Assembly (NCBI GenBank): GCA_050740455.1
Contig: JBOIDF010000001.1
Span: 2,839-66,838, forward strand
Origin: Gammaproteobacteria bacterium
Lineage (GTDB): Bacteria > Pseudomonadota > Gammaproteobacteria > JACCXJ01
DNA length: 64,000 nucleotides
Direction of reading: 5' to 3'
Shown: positions 38,081-47,996 of the stretch, one piece after another
Numbering within the stretch: the stretch's first letter is position 1
Layout of the letters: the number at the start of each line of letters is the position of its first letter
Notes under the pieces: generated by a model
The model's input: the letters and a program-made list of their open reading frames with translations, nothing else
Databases searched by the model: none
What the model was told of the DNA's origin: nothing
Position numbers and translations under genes: made by a program

Positions 38081-40399
38081 GTGGATTCTCGTCGTCAAGG
38101 AAGACGTCGCGTGCGTACGGCAACGCTAGCTTTTCTGCTCGGCGTCTTAGCGCTATACCCGTTTCCCGATCTGCCCGATGCCCGCTTGGGCGCCGTCGCC
38201 TTGCCGCTGCTCGCGGCGTCAATCCGATTTCACTCCCTGCGCGTTCCGGCGTGGTTTGCGCTGGGGTTTGCCTGGGCCTTGCTCCGGGGGTCCTCTATCC
38301 TCGCGGCCGGGCTACCGCCGGCGCTCGAAGGCGAGCCTCTCGTCATCGAGGGAACCGTGGCCGGTCTTCCGCGCGCCTACGAGCGTGCGCTCAACTTCGA
38401 TATGGACGTGGCGGCGGTAACCGGAATGGGTCGGGACTGGCCCTCCCCCGGGCGCGTGCGCCTGAGCTGGTACGGCCGGGAGCGCATCCTCGTTCCCGGG
38501 GAGACCTGGCGATTGGCGGTGAAACTGAAACGTCCGCACGGATTCATGAATCCCGGCGGCTTCGATTATGAAGGCTGGTTGTTTCAGCACCGCATCCGGG
38601 CGCTCGGTCATGTCATCGATAGCCACCGAAACCGGCGCTTGGAGGCCGCTCGCGGCGCCCCGGTCGATCGCTTGCGCCAGCGGCTGGCGCTGAAGCTCGC
38701 GGGGGTGGCGCGGCAGTCATCCCAGGGTAATGTATTGACGGCCCTGGTGATCGGGACGCAGGACGCCATCGGCGCGGAACAATGGCAGGTCTTCAACCGC
38801 ACCGGCACCTCGCATTTGGTCTCGATCTCCGGCCTGCACATCGGGCTCATCGCGCTCCTTGGCTTTTGGGTGGGCCGGTGGCTCTGGTCCCTGCCGGGAT
38901 TTACCGTCCTGTACGTTGCCGCCCCGCGTGTCGGCGCGCTCTGCGCAACGCTGGCCGCGCTCATGTACTCGGGCCTCGCGGGCTTTTCGGTGCCCACGCA
39001 GCGTTCCTTCATCATGGTCGCGGTATTGATGTCCGGGACCATCGTAAACCGCTTATTCAAGACCATCGACCTCTGGTTCATCGCGCTATTGCTGGTGCTG
39101 ATCCTGGATCCGTTTAGCGTGCTGGCGCCGGGCTTCTGGCTGTCCTTCGGGGCAGTGGCCTTGATCCTTTATGGGATGGGCGGGAGGGTCGCGCCTTCCG
39201 GCCTCTGGTGGCGGATCGCGCGCCTGCATGTCGTGGTGGCGATCGGCTTGACCCCGGTGCTGTTGCTGATCTTCGGCCAGAATCCCACCGTGGGTCCGGT
39301 CGCGAATGTCCTCGCGGTACCGTGGGTAAGCGTGGTGGCGGCGCCGTTGGCCTTGGCCGGCACGGCCTTATGTTTTGTCTGGGAGTGGGCGGGGATCGCC
39401 TTGCTGGATCTGGCGCTTAAAAACCTGGAGGGGCTTTGGGTTTATTTACAGTATCTATCGGAACTCGACTATGCCACCTGGGTGCGGGCCGTTCCGGTGC
39501 CTTGGATCGGTGGGGCGGCGCTGATCGGCGCTTTGATCGTGCTCGCACCGCGCGGCATCCCGGCCCGTTGGCTGGGGCTCGTGTGGTTGCTCCCGCTCCT
39601 AATCACACCGCCACCGCGCCCGAAAGAAGGAGAGCTATGGTTCACTTTGCTGGATGTCGGGCAGGGCCTTTCCGCGGTCGTGCAAACCCGCGACCGCACC
39701 TTGGTATACGACACCGGGCCGAAGTTCAATGAGCGCTTCGACGCCGGCCGCGCGGTGTTAGTCCCCTTTCTCAGGCAACACGGCATCGCGCATGTCGATA
39801 CGCTCCTCATCAGCCACGGCGACAGTGATCACACGGGCGGGCTCGGCAGTCTGCTGGCGGAAGTCTCGGTGGGACGAATTCTCGCGAACGGACCTATCGG
39901 CGGCCGGCGGGTCTCGGTGTGTCGAGGCGGTCAGCGCTGGCGCTGGGGCGAGGCGAACTTTTCGGTGCTGCATCCCGCACTCGATGCGAAGGGTTCCGAC
40001 AACAACCGTTCCTGTATCCTCAAACTTTCCCTCGGGGACAGGTCCGTATTGCTACCGGGCGATATCGAGGCCGAGGCGGAACACGAGTTATTGAAGCACC
40101 ACCGGGAGAGCCTGAAGGCGGACATTTTGGTGGCCCCCCATCACGGGAGTAAAACCTCGTCCACGGCGAGCTTTATCGATGCGGTCGCCCCCGACTACGT
40201 GCTTTTCGCCGTGGGCTATCGAAACCGCTATCGCTTTCCTGATGCCGATGTTCTGCGCGACTATCGGGCGCGGGGCGCCATCCCGTTGCTGAGCGCCGAG
40301 GAAGGCGCGATTCGGTTTCGCTTCGGCCCTGGGGCCCGCCACGCTCCGGAGCTCTACCGTAAAGAGACGAGGCGGTTTTGGCGGGCCGATGCCCCTTGA
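38081..40399 (+). CDS. comEC: DNA internalization-related competence protein ComEC/Rec2
   Basis: 772 aa, polytopic membrane N-terminus plus a C-terminal MBL domain (..ISHGDSDHTGG..). Confidence 0.85.
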   Translation: MDSRRQGRRRVRTATLAFLLGVLALYPFPDLPDARLGAVALPLLAASIRFHSLRVPAWFALGFAWALLRGSSILAAGLPPALEGEPLVIEGTVAGLPRAYERALNFDMDVAAVTGMGRDWPSPGRVRLSWYGRERILVPGETWRLAVKLKRPHGFMNPGGFDYEGWLFQHRIRALGHVIDSHRNRRLEAARGAPVDRLRQRLALKLAGVARQSSQGNVLTALVIGTQDAIGAEQWQVFNRTGTSHLVSISGLHIGLIALLGFWVGRWLWSLPGFTVLYVAAPRVGALCATLAALMYSGLAGFSVPTQRSFIMVAVLMSGTIVNRLFKTIDLWFIALLLVLILDPFSVLAPGFWLSFGAVALILYGMGGRVAPSGLWWRIARLHVVVAIGLTPVLLLIFGQNPTVGPVANVLAVPWVSVVAAPLALAGTALCFVWEWAGIALLDLALKNLEGLWVYLQYLSELDYATWVRAVPVPWIGGAALIGALIVLAPRGIPARWLGLVWLLPLLITPPPRPKEGELWFTLLDVGQGLSAVVQTRDRTLVYDTGPKFNERFDAGRAVLVPFLRQHGIAHVDTLLISHGDSDHTGGLGSLLAEVSVGRILANGPIGGRRVSVCRGGQRWRWGEANFSVLHPALDAKGSDNNRSCILKLSLGDRSVLLPGDIEAEAEHELLKHHRESLKADILVAPHHGSKTSSTASFIDAVAPDYVLFAVGYRNRYRFPDADVLRDYRARGAIPLLSAEEGAIRFRFGPGARHAPELYRKETRRFWRADAP

Positions 40400-40450
40400 C
40401 CCCGCCGGATCCCGGAGGCGGGGTTGAGCGGTCGCCGCTCGGGCGCCCGC

Positions 40451-41002
40451 TCAAGGCAGGAGATCGGCGACCGCGACCGCCTGGCTCGCCCCGCTCGGCA
40501 CGAGCGTTTCACCCTTTTTTACAATACGGTGCTCAAGATAATCTGAGCCTTGCGGGTTCCGGTAGACCTCGAGCACACCCTCGATGAGGTTGGCCAGCCA
40601 GTATTCCGGGACCCCATTCCGGGCATACAGCACCCGCTTTGTGGAACGGTCGTAGGCGAGCGTGGTGTCGGCGATCTCCACGAGGAGCACGGCGTTGCTC
40701 GGGTGGCTCGTGAGGAAGTCCCGCGGCCTGCCCGGGACGATCGCGAGATCGGGCTCCGGTGCCGAGCCGGCGTCCAGGGCTACGGGAGACTGGATACGGA
40801 CGACATAGCCGTCTCCGTACGCACGGCGCAAGGCGTCGTGCAGGAGGCAGAGGGCCACCGCGTGCGCTTCGTTCTGAGGCGCCATATCCACGATCTCCCC
40901 GTCGATCAACTCCAGGCGTTGGTCGGGTTCGAAGCCCCCGAGCCGCACTACACGCTCATATTGCTCGCGCGTCCAACGATGAGGCTTGGGAAGGGTGCTC
41001 AT
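40451..41002 (-). CDS. Uma2-family (DUF820) PD-(D/E)xK endonuclease
   Basis: 183 aa. Contains ..ELIDGEIV.. and ..PDLAIV.. blocks. Confidence 0.7.
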   Translation of the reverse strand: MSTLPKPHRWTREQYERVVRLGGFEPDQRLELIDGEIVDMAPQNEAHAVALCLLHDALRRAYGDGYVVRIQSPVALDAGSAPEPDLAIVPGRPRDFLTSHPSNAVLLVEIADTTLAYDRSTKRVLYARNGVPEYWLANLIEGVLEVYRNPQGSDYLEHRIVKKGETLVPSGASQAVAVADLLP

Positions 41003-41165
41003 GACAACTCTAACATAGTCTAAGGGTGGACCTGAAACAACCAGGGGTCAGGTCTCCTATCTTGCATACATTCAAACGATGATTACTACGGCATGTGTCG
41101 TATTCTACGGTGAATCGTGAAGACTATTGAAACGGCCAACGCCGTTGGGTGCAGGTTAACCACTC

Positions 41166-41870
41166 TCAGTATCTGCGATTGCCTGCCGGCCGATACAGCC
41201 GCACGTGGCGATATTTAAAGAATGGGATCAGCGCCATGCCCGCGACAAAGCCGCTCGCATGAGCAACAAACGCCACGCCCCCTTGGTCCGCGCTGGTGAG
41301 TGCCGAATTGAGCAGCTGCACGCCAAACCATAGGCCCAGAACCCACAACGCGGGCAGGCGCATGAGCTGCGAGAGAAAGCCGAAAGGTATTAGAACCAAG
41401 ACTTGGGCACGCGGGAAGAGCAGCAGATAAGCGCCGAGCACGCCCGAGATGGCGCCACTGGCGCCGATCATGGGGATCTTGCTTTCTGGGTTGAGCAAGG
41501 ACTGGCCAAGCGCCGCGATCGCACCGCACGCAAGGTAGAACACCACGAAGCGCCGATGCCCCATGGAGTCTTCGACATTGTTGCCGAAGATCCACAGGTA
41601 CAGCATGTTGCCGATGAGGTGCATGAAACCGCCATGCAGGAACATGGACGAAAAGACCGTGAACCACGCCGGCGCCATCACCAGCTCCGGCGCTAATTCA
41701 ATGTCCGTGAAGAATAAAGCGGGGATGAACCCTAAGCCATAAACGGCCTGATCATAAGCTTCGGAACCCAAGCTGCTCTGCCACAGGAAGATCAACGTGC
41801 AGGCACCGATGAGAGCCACCGTCACCAGCGGGGTGAGGGCGGCCGGGATATCAGCGCGTAGTGGAATCAT
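41166..41870 (-). CDS. Rhomboid-family intramembrane serine protease
   Basis: GASGAISGVLGAYLLLFP contains the GxSG motif; six or more TM helices. Confidence 0.8.
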   Translation of the reverse strand: MIPLRADIPAALTPLVTVALIGACTLIFLWQSSLGSEAYDQAVYGLGFIPALFFTDIELAPELVMAPAWFTVFSSMFLHGGFMHLIGNMLYLWIFGNNVEDSMGHRRFVVFYLACGAIAALGQSLLNPESKIPMIGASGAISGVLGAYLLLFPRAQVLVLIPFGFLSQLMRLPALWVLGLWFGVQLLNSALTSADQGGVAFVAHASGFVAGMALIPFFKYRHVRLYRPAGNRRY

Positions 41871-41952
41871 GAGCGTTCACAATGGGTGCTTAGCAATCCT
41901 CAAACCGTATAATATACGATGACACCCTACCGGCGAGTCCGCACAGCTCACA

Positions 41953-42243
41953 ATGACAAGCGAAAAGAAGATCGATAGCCCGCTTCTCGCCTCCTATGTC
42001 ATCGCGGTTCTCACCGAGGATCACGGCGATCGCATGTTCGTCGCGCTCGATCAATACCGAAATCGGTTGGTCTGGTCGCGGAAGTATCGGCCGTCGGTCG
42101 TGTATGACAGCGCCGACAAGGCGCTCATGGCGATGGAGGACATCAGCGGCGGAAGACATCCGCATTTGCTCGACGAAAAAGCGGGGGTGGATCTCGCGAC
42201 GATGTGCGTATTGGAAACGAGCATTTCCTTCCGGTTTAGCTAA
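41953..42243 (+). CDS. Small hypothetical protein (96 aa), first gene of the ATP-grasp/GCS2 cluster
   Basis: ORF with no recognisable domain. It is co-directional with, and 9 nt upstream of, the C39-like peptidase gene. The RBS is weak. Confidence 0.4.
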   Translation: MTSEKKIDSPLLASYVIAVLTEDHGDRMFVALDQYRNRLVWSRKYRPSVVYDSADKALMAMEDISGGRHPHLLDEKAGVDLATMCVLETSISFRFS

Positions 42244-42251
42244 GGCTTTGG

Positions 42252-42977
42252 ATGACGCTCCCGACAGAAACGCGGCTGCCCATCATCATGCAGCCGCAAC
42301 CGGACGAGGCCACCTGCGGTCCGACCTGCCTGCATGCCGTGTATCAATTTTACGGCGGCAAGGACAGTCTGCACGCCGTGATCGAACGTACCCAGAGCCT
42401 CGACACCGGCGGTACGCTGGCTGTCTTCCTCGCCTGCGATGCCTTGCGCCGGGGCTATGCCGCAACCATCTACACCTATAACCTGCAAGTCTTCGATCCC
42501 ACCTGGTTTAAAGCACCTGGCGCCGATCTGAGCGAACGTCTGCGGCAACAGATGCGGTATAAAACCGACGAGAAACTACAAACCGCTTGCCGTGGCTACT
42601 TGGAATTCCTTGTCCTCGGGGGGCAGTTGCGCTTTACCGATCTCACGCGGCGCTTGATCCGCGAATATCTTGGCCGCTCTATACCGATCCTCACCGCCTT
42701 GAGCGCGACCTATCTCTATCGCAGCATGCGCGAGTACGGGCCCAAGGACACGCCCGACGATATCCGCGGCGAGCCGTCCGGCCATTTCGTGATACTGTCC
42801 GGATACAATCCGGCCGAGCGCACGGTATTGGTCTCCGATCCCTTGCTGCCGAACCCACTGTCCGACTCCCATCTCTATGCGATCGACGTGGACCGAGTGA
42901 TCTCCTCCGTGCTCCTGGGGATCCTCACCTACGACGCCAATGTGCTCCTCATCCGGCCGCGATCCCAAGCGCAGTGA
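42252..42977 (+). CDS. Papain-fold cysteine peptidase, C39-like
   Basis: ..QPDEATCGPTCLHAV.. has the catalytic Cys context, and a later ..PSGHFVILSGY.. supplies the His. Confidence 0.55.
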   Translation: MTLPTETRLPIIMQPQPDEATCGPTCLHAVYQFYGGKDSLHAVIERTQSLDTGGTLAVFLACDALRRGYAATIYTYNLQVFDPTWFKAPGADLSERLRQQMRYKTDEKLQTACRGYLEFLVLGGQLRFTDLTRRLIREYLGRSIPILTALSATYLYRSMREYGPKDTPDDIRGEPSGHFVILSGYNPAERTVLVSDPLLPNPLSDSHLYAIDVDRVISSVLLGILTYDANVLLIRPRSQAQ

Positions 42978-42986
42978 CGCCCTTCG

Positions 42987-44459
42987 ATGTCTATTCTTAT
43001 CGTCGTCAATAATCCTCGGGATTGGCCCTTGCACATTCCGGGGGTGGAGGTCGTTCCGGCGCGCGCCTACCTGAGCGATTCCAATTACAGCGTGGACCGC
43101 AGCGCTAAGGTCTTCAACCTTTGCAAATCCTACCGTTACCAGAGCGTCGGCTACTACGTCTCGCTGCTGGCCGCGGCCCGCGGCCACAAACCGCTCCCGA
43201 ACGTCAACACCATCGAAGATCTCAAATCGCAGAATATCATCCGCTTGTTGGCCGAGGACCTGGACGATACCATTAAGCGCGCGCTTACGCCCCTCAGTAG
43301 CGAGGAGTTCACGCTCAGCATCTATTTCGGACAGAATCCTCAGGGGCGCTATGAAACCCTGAGCCGGCAGCTTTTCAACCTGTTCGAGGCGCCTGCCCTG
43401 CGTGCCCAGTTCGTCCGCGACCACGAATGGCGGCTCAAAAACGTGCGCCCCATCGCTGCTAGCGAAATTCCCCCCGAGGATCATGACATCGTGGTCGCCG
43501 CGGCCACCAACTATTTCTCCGGACAGAAACGTCGCGTGCGTAAGCGCACGGTGCCGCGCTACGCCTTGGCGATCCTCCATACCCCTAGCGAGCCCCGAGG
43601 CGCTTCCGATGCCAAGGCCCTGCAGCGCTTCGAGAAGGCTGCGGAAGCCGTGGGGCTCGATGTCGAAATCATCTCCAAGGACGATATAGGACGGCTCGCG
43701 GAATTCGACGCCTTGTTGATCCGCGACACCACGGCGGTCAATCACTATACCTATCGCTTCGCCCGGCGCGCGGCCGCCGAGGGCTTGGTTGTCATCGATG
43801 ATCCGGACTCCATCCTCAAATGCACCAACAAAGTCTACCTGGCCGAGCTGCTCTTGCGTCACGGCGTCCCCACGCCCAAGACGCTCGTCGTTCACCGTGA
43901 CAACATCGATCAAATCGCCACCACGCTCGGCCTGCCGTGCGTCGTGAAACAGCCCGACAGCTCGTTCTCGCACGGGGTCGTGAAGATCGAGAATCTACAG
44001 GATCTCGAACCCACGGTGATCCAGCTTTTGGAAAAGTCCGAGCTGGTCGTGGCGCAGGAATTCCTGCCCACGGAGTTCGATTGGCGCGTGGGGATCTGCG
44101 ATCGCCGCGCGCTCTACGTCTGCAAATACTTCATGGTCCGCCGCCACTGGCAGATCGTCAAGCGCGATGATTCCGGGCAGATCGGCGGCGAAGGGAGCGT
44201 ACAGACGCTGAGCGTGGGTGAAACCCCCGAGGAGGTGATCCGCGCCGCGTTGAAGGCGGCGGATCTCATCGGGGACGGGCTCTACGGTGTCGATATCAAG
44301 CAAATTGGCCGGCGCTGCTGCGTGATCGAGGTCAACGACAACCCGAATATCGACGCCGGATACGAGGACGCCGTGCTGCGCGACGGCCTTTATCGCGAGA
44401 TCATGGGGATATTTTTGAGGCGGATCGTGGAACATAAGCAAGCCAAGCACGAACGATGA
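42987..44459 (+). CDS. RimK-type ATP-grasp ligase with ~250-aa N-terminal extension (RLAN-like)
   Basis: C-terminal ATP-grasp (..LGLPCVVKQPDSSFSHGVVKI.., ..GVDIKQIGRRCCVIEVNDNPNI..). The N-terminal MSILIVVNNPRDWPLHIPGVEVVPARAYLS.. domain is not RimK-like. Confidence 0.7.
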   Translation: MSILIVVNNPRDWPLHIPGVEVVPARAYLSDSNYSVDRSAKVFNLCKSYRYQSVGYYVSLLAAARGHKPLPNVNTIEDLKSQNIIRLLAEDLDDTIKRALTPLSSEEFTLSIYFGQNPQGRYETLSRQLFNLFEAPALRAQFVRDHEWRLKNVRPIAASEIPPEDHDIVVAAATNYFSGQKRRVRKRTVPRYALAILHTPSEPRGASDAKALQRFEKAAEAVGLDVEIISKDDIGRLAEFDALLIRDTTAVNHYTYRFARRAAAEGLVVIDDPDSILKCTNKVYLAELLLRHGVPTPKTLVVHRDNIDQIATTLGLPCVVKQPDSSFSHGVVKIENLQDLEPTVIQLLEKSELVVAQEFLPTEFDWRVGICDRRALYVCKYFMVRRHWQIVKRDDSGQIGGEGSVQTLSVGETPEEVIRAALKAADLIGDGLYGVDIKQIGRRCCVIEVNDNPNIDAGYEDAVLRDGLYREIMGIFLRRIVEHKQAKHER

Positions 44460-45697
44460 TCGCGGCGAGCGCAAGCCCCCTGTCCTTGTTCGCCGGCTAC
44501 GGGATCGAGCTCGAGTACATGATTGTCGATTCTGCGAGCTTGGATGTGTTAGCGATCGCCGATAAGCTTATCCATGCCGTGACCGGCGATTATCGATCCG
44601 AGGTCGAGCAAGGAGAGCTTGCCTGGTCCAACGAGATGGTGCTGCATGTTATCGAGATCAAGACCAATGGACCGGCCGGCGCGCTCGAGCCCTTGCCGGC
44701 GCTGTTCCAACGCGACATCACGCGCGTCAACGAGTTACTCGCACCGCATGAAGCCTGCCTGATGCCCGGGGCGATGCATCCTTGGATGGATCCGCGCAGC
44801 GACACCCGGCTTTGGCCGCACGAGTATAACCCCGTCTACGAGGCCTACGAGCGGATCTTCGGCTGCCAGGGACATGGGTGGTCGAATCTGCAAAGCGTGC
44901 ACCTTAACCTGCCGTTCGCGGGCGATGCTGAGTTCGCCCGGTTGCATGCCGCCATTCGCGTGCTGCTCCCGGTGTTGCCTGCCCTCGCCGCAAGCTCGCC
45001 CATCGTCGAAGGACAATGCACCGGCATGCTCGACTACCGGCTCGAAGCCTATCGGTTAAACGCGCGCAAGATCCCCTCGATCACCGGGCGCGTGATCCCC
45101 GAAACCGTGTCGAGCCGCGGAGATTACGAGACCGGGGTCCTCGGCCCGATGTACCGCGATATTGCGCCCTCCGATCCGGACAGCATTCTGCGGCACGAGT
45201 GGCTAAACTCGCGCGGCGCCATCGCGCGCTTCGACCGTTCGGCGATTGAAATCCGCGTCCTCGATATTCAGGAATGTTCGCTGGCGGACTTGGCGGTCCT
45301 GGCCGCGATCGTGAGCGCGTTGCAGCGCCTCGCCGCCGAAGACTGGGGCGATCTCCAGGCACAACAAGCGCTTACGACCGAGGAGCTTGAGGCTATCCTG
45401 CTGGAAACCGCGCGTAGCGGCGAACAGGCGGTCATCGACAATACGCGCTTCCTGCGGGTGGTGAGGTTTCCGGATCGGCGTTGCGAGGCGCGGGATCTCT
45501 GGCATCATCTGATCGAGGCGGCGCCCGCGGGCGAGATCTGGCGCACACCTCTGCGGACGATCCTGCGCTCGGGCCCGCTCGCGCGGCGGCTGCTGCGCGC
45601 CGCGGGTAAGGAGCCGAAACGCTCGCGCCTCATCGCGGTTTACGCCGAGCTTTGCCGCTGCCTGGCTGCGGGACACCAGTTCCTTGGCCTCGATTGA
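44456..45697 (+). CDS. Carboxylate-amine ligase, GCS2/YbdK (gamma-glutamylcysteine-synthetase-like) family
   Basis: ..YGIELEYMIVD.. is the N-terminal signature of COG2170 ligases. It overlaps the ATP-grasp stop by 4 nt. Confidence 0.7.
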   Translation: MIAASASPLSLFAGYGIELEYMIVDSASLDVLAIADKLIHAVTGDYRSEVEQGELAWSNEMVLHVIEIKTNGPAGALEPLPALFQRDITRVNELLAPHEACLMPGAMHPWMDPRSDTRLWPHEYNPVYEAYERIFGCQGHGWSNLQSVHLNLPFAGDAEFARLHAAIRVLLPVLPALAASSPIVEGQCTGMLDYRLEAYRLNARKIPSITGRVIPETVSSRGDYETGVLGPMYRDIAPSDPDSILRHEWLNSRGAIARFDRSAIEIRVLDIQECSLADLAVLAAIVSALQRLAAEDWGDLQAQQALTTEELEAILLETARSGEQAVIDNTRFLRVVRFPDRRCEARDLWHHLIEAAPAGEIWRTPLRTILRSGPLARRLLRAAGKEPKRSRLIAVYAELCRCLAAGHQFLGLD

Positions 45698-46400
45698 TTG
45701 CGTTATTGTCACCTGCGAGCACGCGAGCCGGCGCGTGCCGTTCCGCTACCGTGCGTTATTTCGTGGTCAGGAAGCGGTGCTGAAAACTCATCGAGGGTCC
45801 GATCTCGGCGCGCTACGGCTCGCGCGCGAGCTTGCGACGGCGCTGGAAGCACCGCTCTTCGCCGGGAGCGTAAGTAGGCTCCTAATCGATCTGAATCGCT
45901 CCTTACATCACCTGAAGGTGTACTCCGCGATCACGCGGGCTTGTACCGAGAACGACCGGCGGCGGCTCGCCGCGAATTATTACCTGCCGTACCGGAATGC
46001 GGTGGAACAGTGGATCGCGCACCGCGCCCGCCGAGGCCGCACCGTTTTGCACCTTTCCATCCATAGCTTCACGCCGGTTTTGGACGGCCAGGTACGGCAT
46101 GCCGATATCGGGCTTCTTTACGATCCCCGGCGGGCGTTGGAACGAACGCTCTGCGGCGCTTGGCGCCGGGCCCTTTGCAGGGCGGCGCCTGCGCTTACGC
46201 TACGGCTAAATTACCCTTATCGCGGTAAGACGGACGGCTTTACGGCATACCTCCGCCAGCGGTTCCCTTCTAGCGCTTATCTCGGGGTCGAAATAGAAGT
46301 CAACCAAACGCTTGTCCATAGCGGCTGGAAGCGGCTACGACAGTTGCTTCGCGCGACACTCAAGGAAACTCTTTGCAGCATGCTTCCATCGCCTGTCTAA
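45684..46400 (+). CDS. N-formylglutamate amidohydrolase (FGase) family protein
   Basis: ..VIVTCEHASRRVP.. and ..LHLSIHSFTP.. are FGase motifs. It overlaps the upstream stop. Confidence 0.65.
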   Translation: MASIDCVIVTCEHASRRVPFRYRALFRGQEAVLKTHRGSDLGALRLARELATALEAPLFAGSVSRLLIDLNRSLHHLKVYSAITRACTENDRRRLAANYYLPYRNAVEQWIAHRARRGRTVLHLSIHSFTPVLDGQVRHADIGLLYDPRRALERTLCGAWRRALCRAAPALTLRLNYPYRGKTDGFTAYLRQRFPSSAYLGVEIEVNQTLVHSGWKRLRQLLRATLKETLCSMLPSPV

Positions 46401-46504
46401 TCGCTGTTTAATAGCAACTGCGACGCCCCGATCAGCTCCGCCCGAGCCCGGGTGCAGTGTGCACGGCTTTTGCCCTTGATGAGCATCGGGAGACTAAACT
46501 AATC

Positions 46505-47974
46505 ATGACCAAGACTGCAGCGATTCCATTCCAGGCATTACTCGGCGGCCTCTTTCTAGCCTTGGGAGCCTTGATTCCGGCGGCTTCCGCGGCCACCCCG
46601 CGGGCTGACACCGCTTCCAGGAGCATCCGCGACCCGTTCCCCCAGCCGCCGGAACTGCGAGATGCGGTGGATTTTTGGCGGCGGGTGTTCGCCGTTTGGC
46701 GACGCGACCAGGTCGTTTTGCACGATACCGAAAACCTAGGCATCGTCTACGACATCGTTGAACTTCCCGGGCCGGTGGCGGACGCACAGACCCCACGCCA
46801 ACAAGCCTACGTGCGTGCCCGGCGCCAATCCTTGGAGCGCGGATTGCGGGAGCTGGCGCGCCGGGTCAAGTTTAGGATGGGCTTGAACAAAGAACAGCAG
46901 CGTCTGCTTGGCGTGATCCGTCACGGCGCCGGCACCCATGTCCTGGCGGGCGCGGATTCCCGGGTACGGGCTCAGCGCGGTATGCGCGAGCGGTTCCTGA
47001 AGGGTCTGGAGATCAGCGGCCGCTATGACCGGCTCATGCGCGCTATATTCCGCGACGCGGCTTTGCCCGAGGATCTCGCGCTCCTACCCCACATCGAATC
47101 GTCGTTTGTTAACCATGCACGCTCCTCGGCGGGCGCCGCCGGGATGTGGCAGTTCATGCCGGCGACCGGCCGGCGGTTCCTCCGCATCAACAGCGCGGTC
47201 GATGAACGCTTCGACCCGATCCTGGCCGCGCACGGCGCCGCGCGCTATTTGCGGAACGCCTACGATGATCTCGGCGACTGGGCCCTGGCCATCACTTCTT
47301 ATAACCACGGCGTCGGCGGGATGGTGCGCGCTCAGCGGCAGTTCGGGCGTGACTTCGGCCGCATCGTCCGGAGCTACCGCGGCAAGACCTTCGGATTTTC
47401 CTCACGTAACTTTTACGCGGAATTTCTGGCTGTCCGTTCCATCCTTGATGCGGAGCGGCGCTATTTTCCCGAAGGGGTGCGCTACCAACGTCCCCTAGAC
47501 CACCAACGCATCCGGTTGAAACAAGCGCTGCCCCTCACGCGACTAGCAGCGAGTTACGGCGTTCACCGCGAGCTTCTCGTTGACCTTAACCCGGCCTGGA
47601 CACGGCGGGCGGCGCGCGGACTCGTTTCCCTACCGGCGGGTTCCGAGATCTGGTTGCCGAGCGGCGCTCGGGTTGCGAGTACGCGGACTTACGCAGAATC
47701 GGTATCACCGGCGGGCCGGGAGTTCATCCGCCCGAGCGGAGAATTCCTGCGCGCGGGTTTGGTCTACAACCCGATAGAGTTTTCGCCGCGCCCCACCGAA
47801 ACGCCGCGGCGGAAGCGGTCTAAGGAACGTACCCATATCGTGCGCAGAGGCGAGTGGCCCATTTTGATCGCAAGCCGATACGACGTACCGTTGAAGGATC
47901 TTATGGTTTTGAACGATATCGGGCGCCGGGGCATCATCCGGCCCGGACAGCGATTGCGTATTCCGGCGCGTTAA
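46505..47974 (+). CDS. mltD: Membrane-bound lytic murein transglycosylase (SLT domain + C-terminal LysM), MltD-like
   Basis: ..ESSFVNHARSSAGAAGMWQFMPATG.. is the SLT catalytic region. The C-terminal ..HIVRRGEWPILIASRYDVPLKDLMVLNDI..IRPGQRLRIP is a LysM domain. Confidence 0.7.
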   Translation: MTKTAAIPFQALLGGLFLALGALIPAASAATPRADTASRSIRDPFPQPPELRDAVDFWRRVFAVWRRDQVVLHDTENLGIVYDIVELPGPVADAQTPRQQAYVRARRQSLERGLRELARRVKFRMGLNKEQQRLLGVIRHGAGTHVLAGADSRVRAQRGMRERFLKGLEISGRYDRLMRAIFRDAALPEDLALLPHIESSFVNHARSSAGAAGMWQFMPATGRRFLRINSAVDERFDPILAAHGAARYLRNAYDDLGDWALAITSYNHGVGGMVRAQRQFGRDFGRIVRSYRGKTFGFSSRNFYAEFLAVRSILDAERRYFPEGVRYQRPLDHQRIRLKQALPLTRLAASYGVHRELLVDLNPAWTRRAARGLVSLPAGSEIWLPSGARVASTRTYAESVSPAGREFIRPSGEFLRAGLVYNPIEFSPRPTETPRRKRSKERTHIVRRGEWPILIASRYDVPLKDLMVLNDIGRRGIIRPGQRLRIPAR

Positions 47975-47996
47975 GGAAAATAAATCAAACCGCGCC

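Noticed and set aside
42576-43973. 465-aa minus-strand ORF antisense to the ATP-grasp gene
   Set aside because: GC-rich antisense frame with no domain features.
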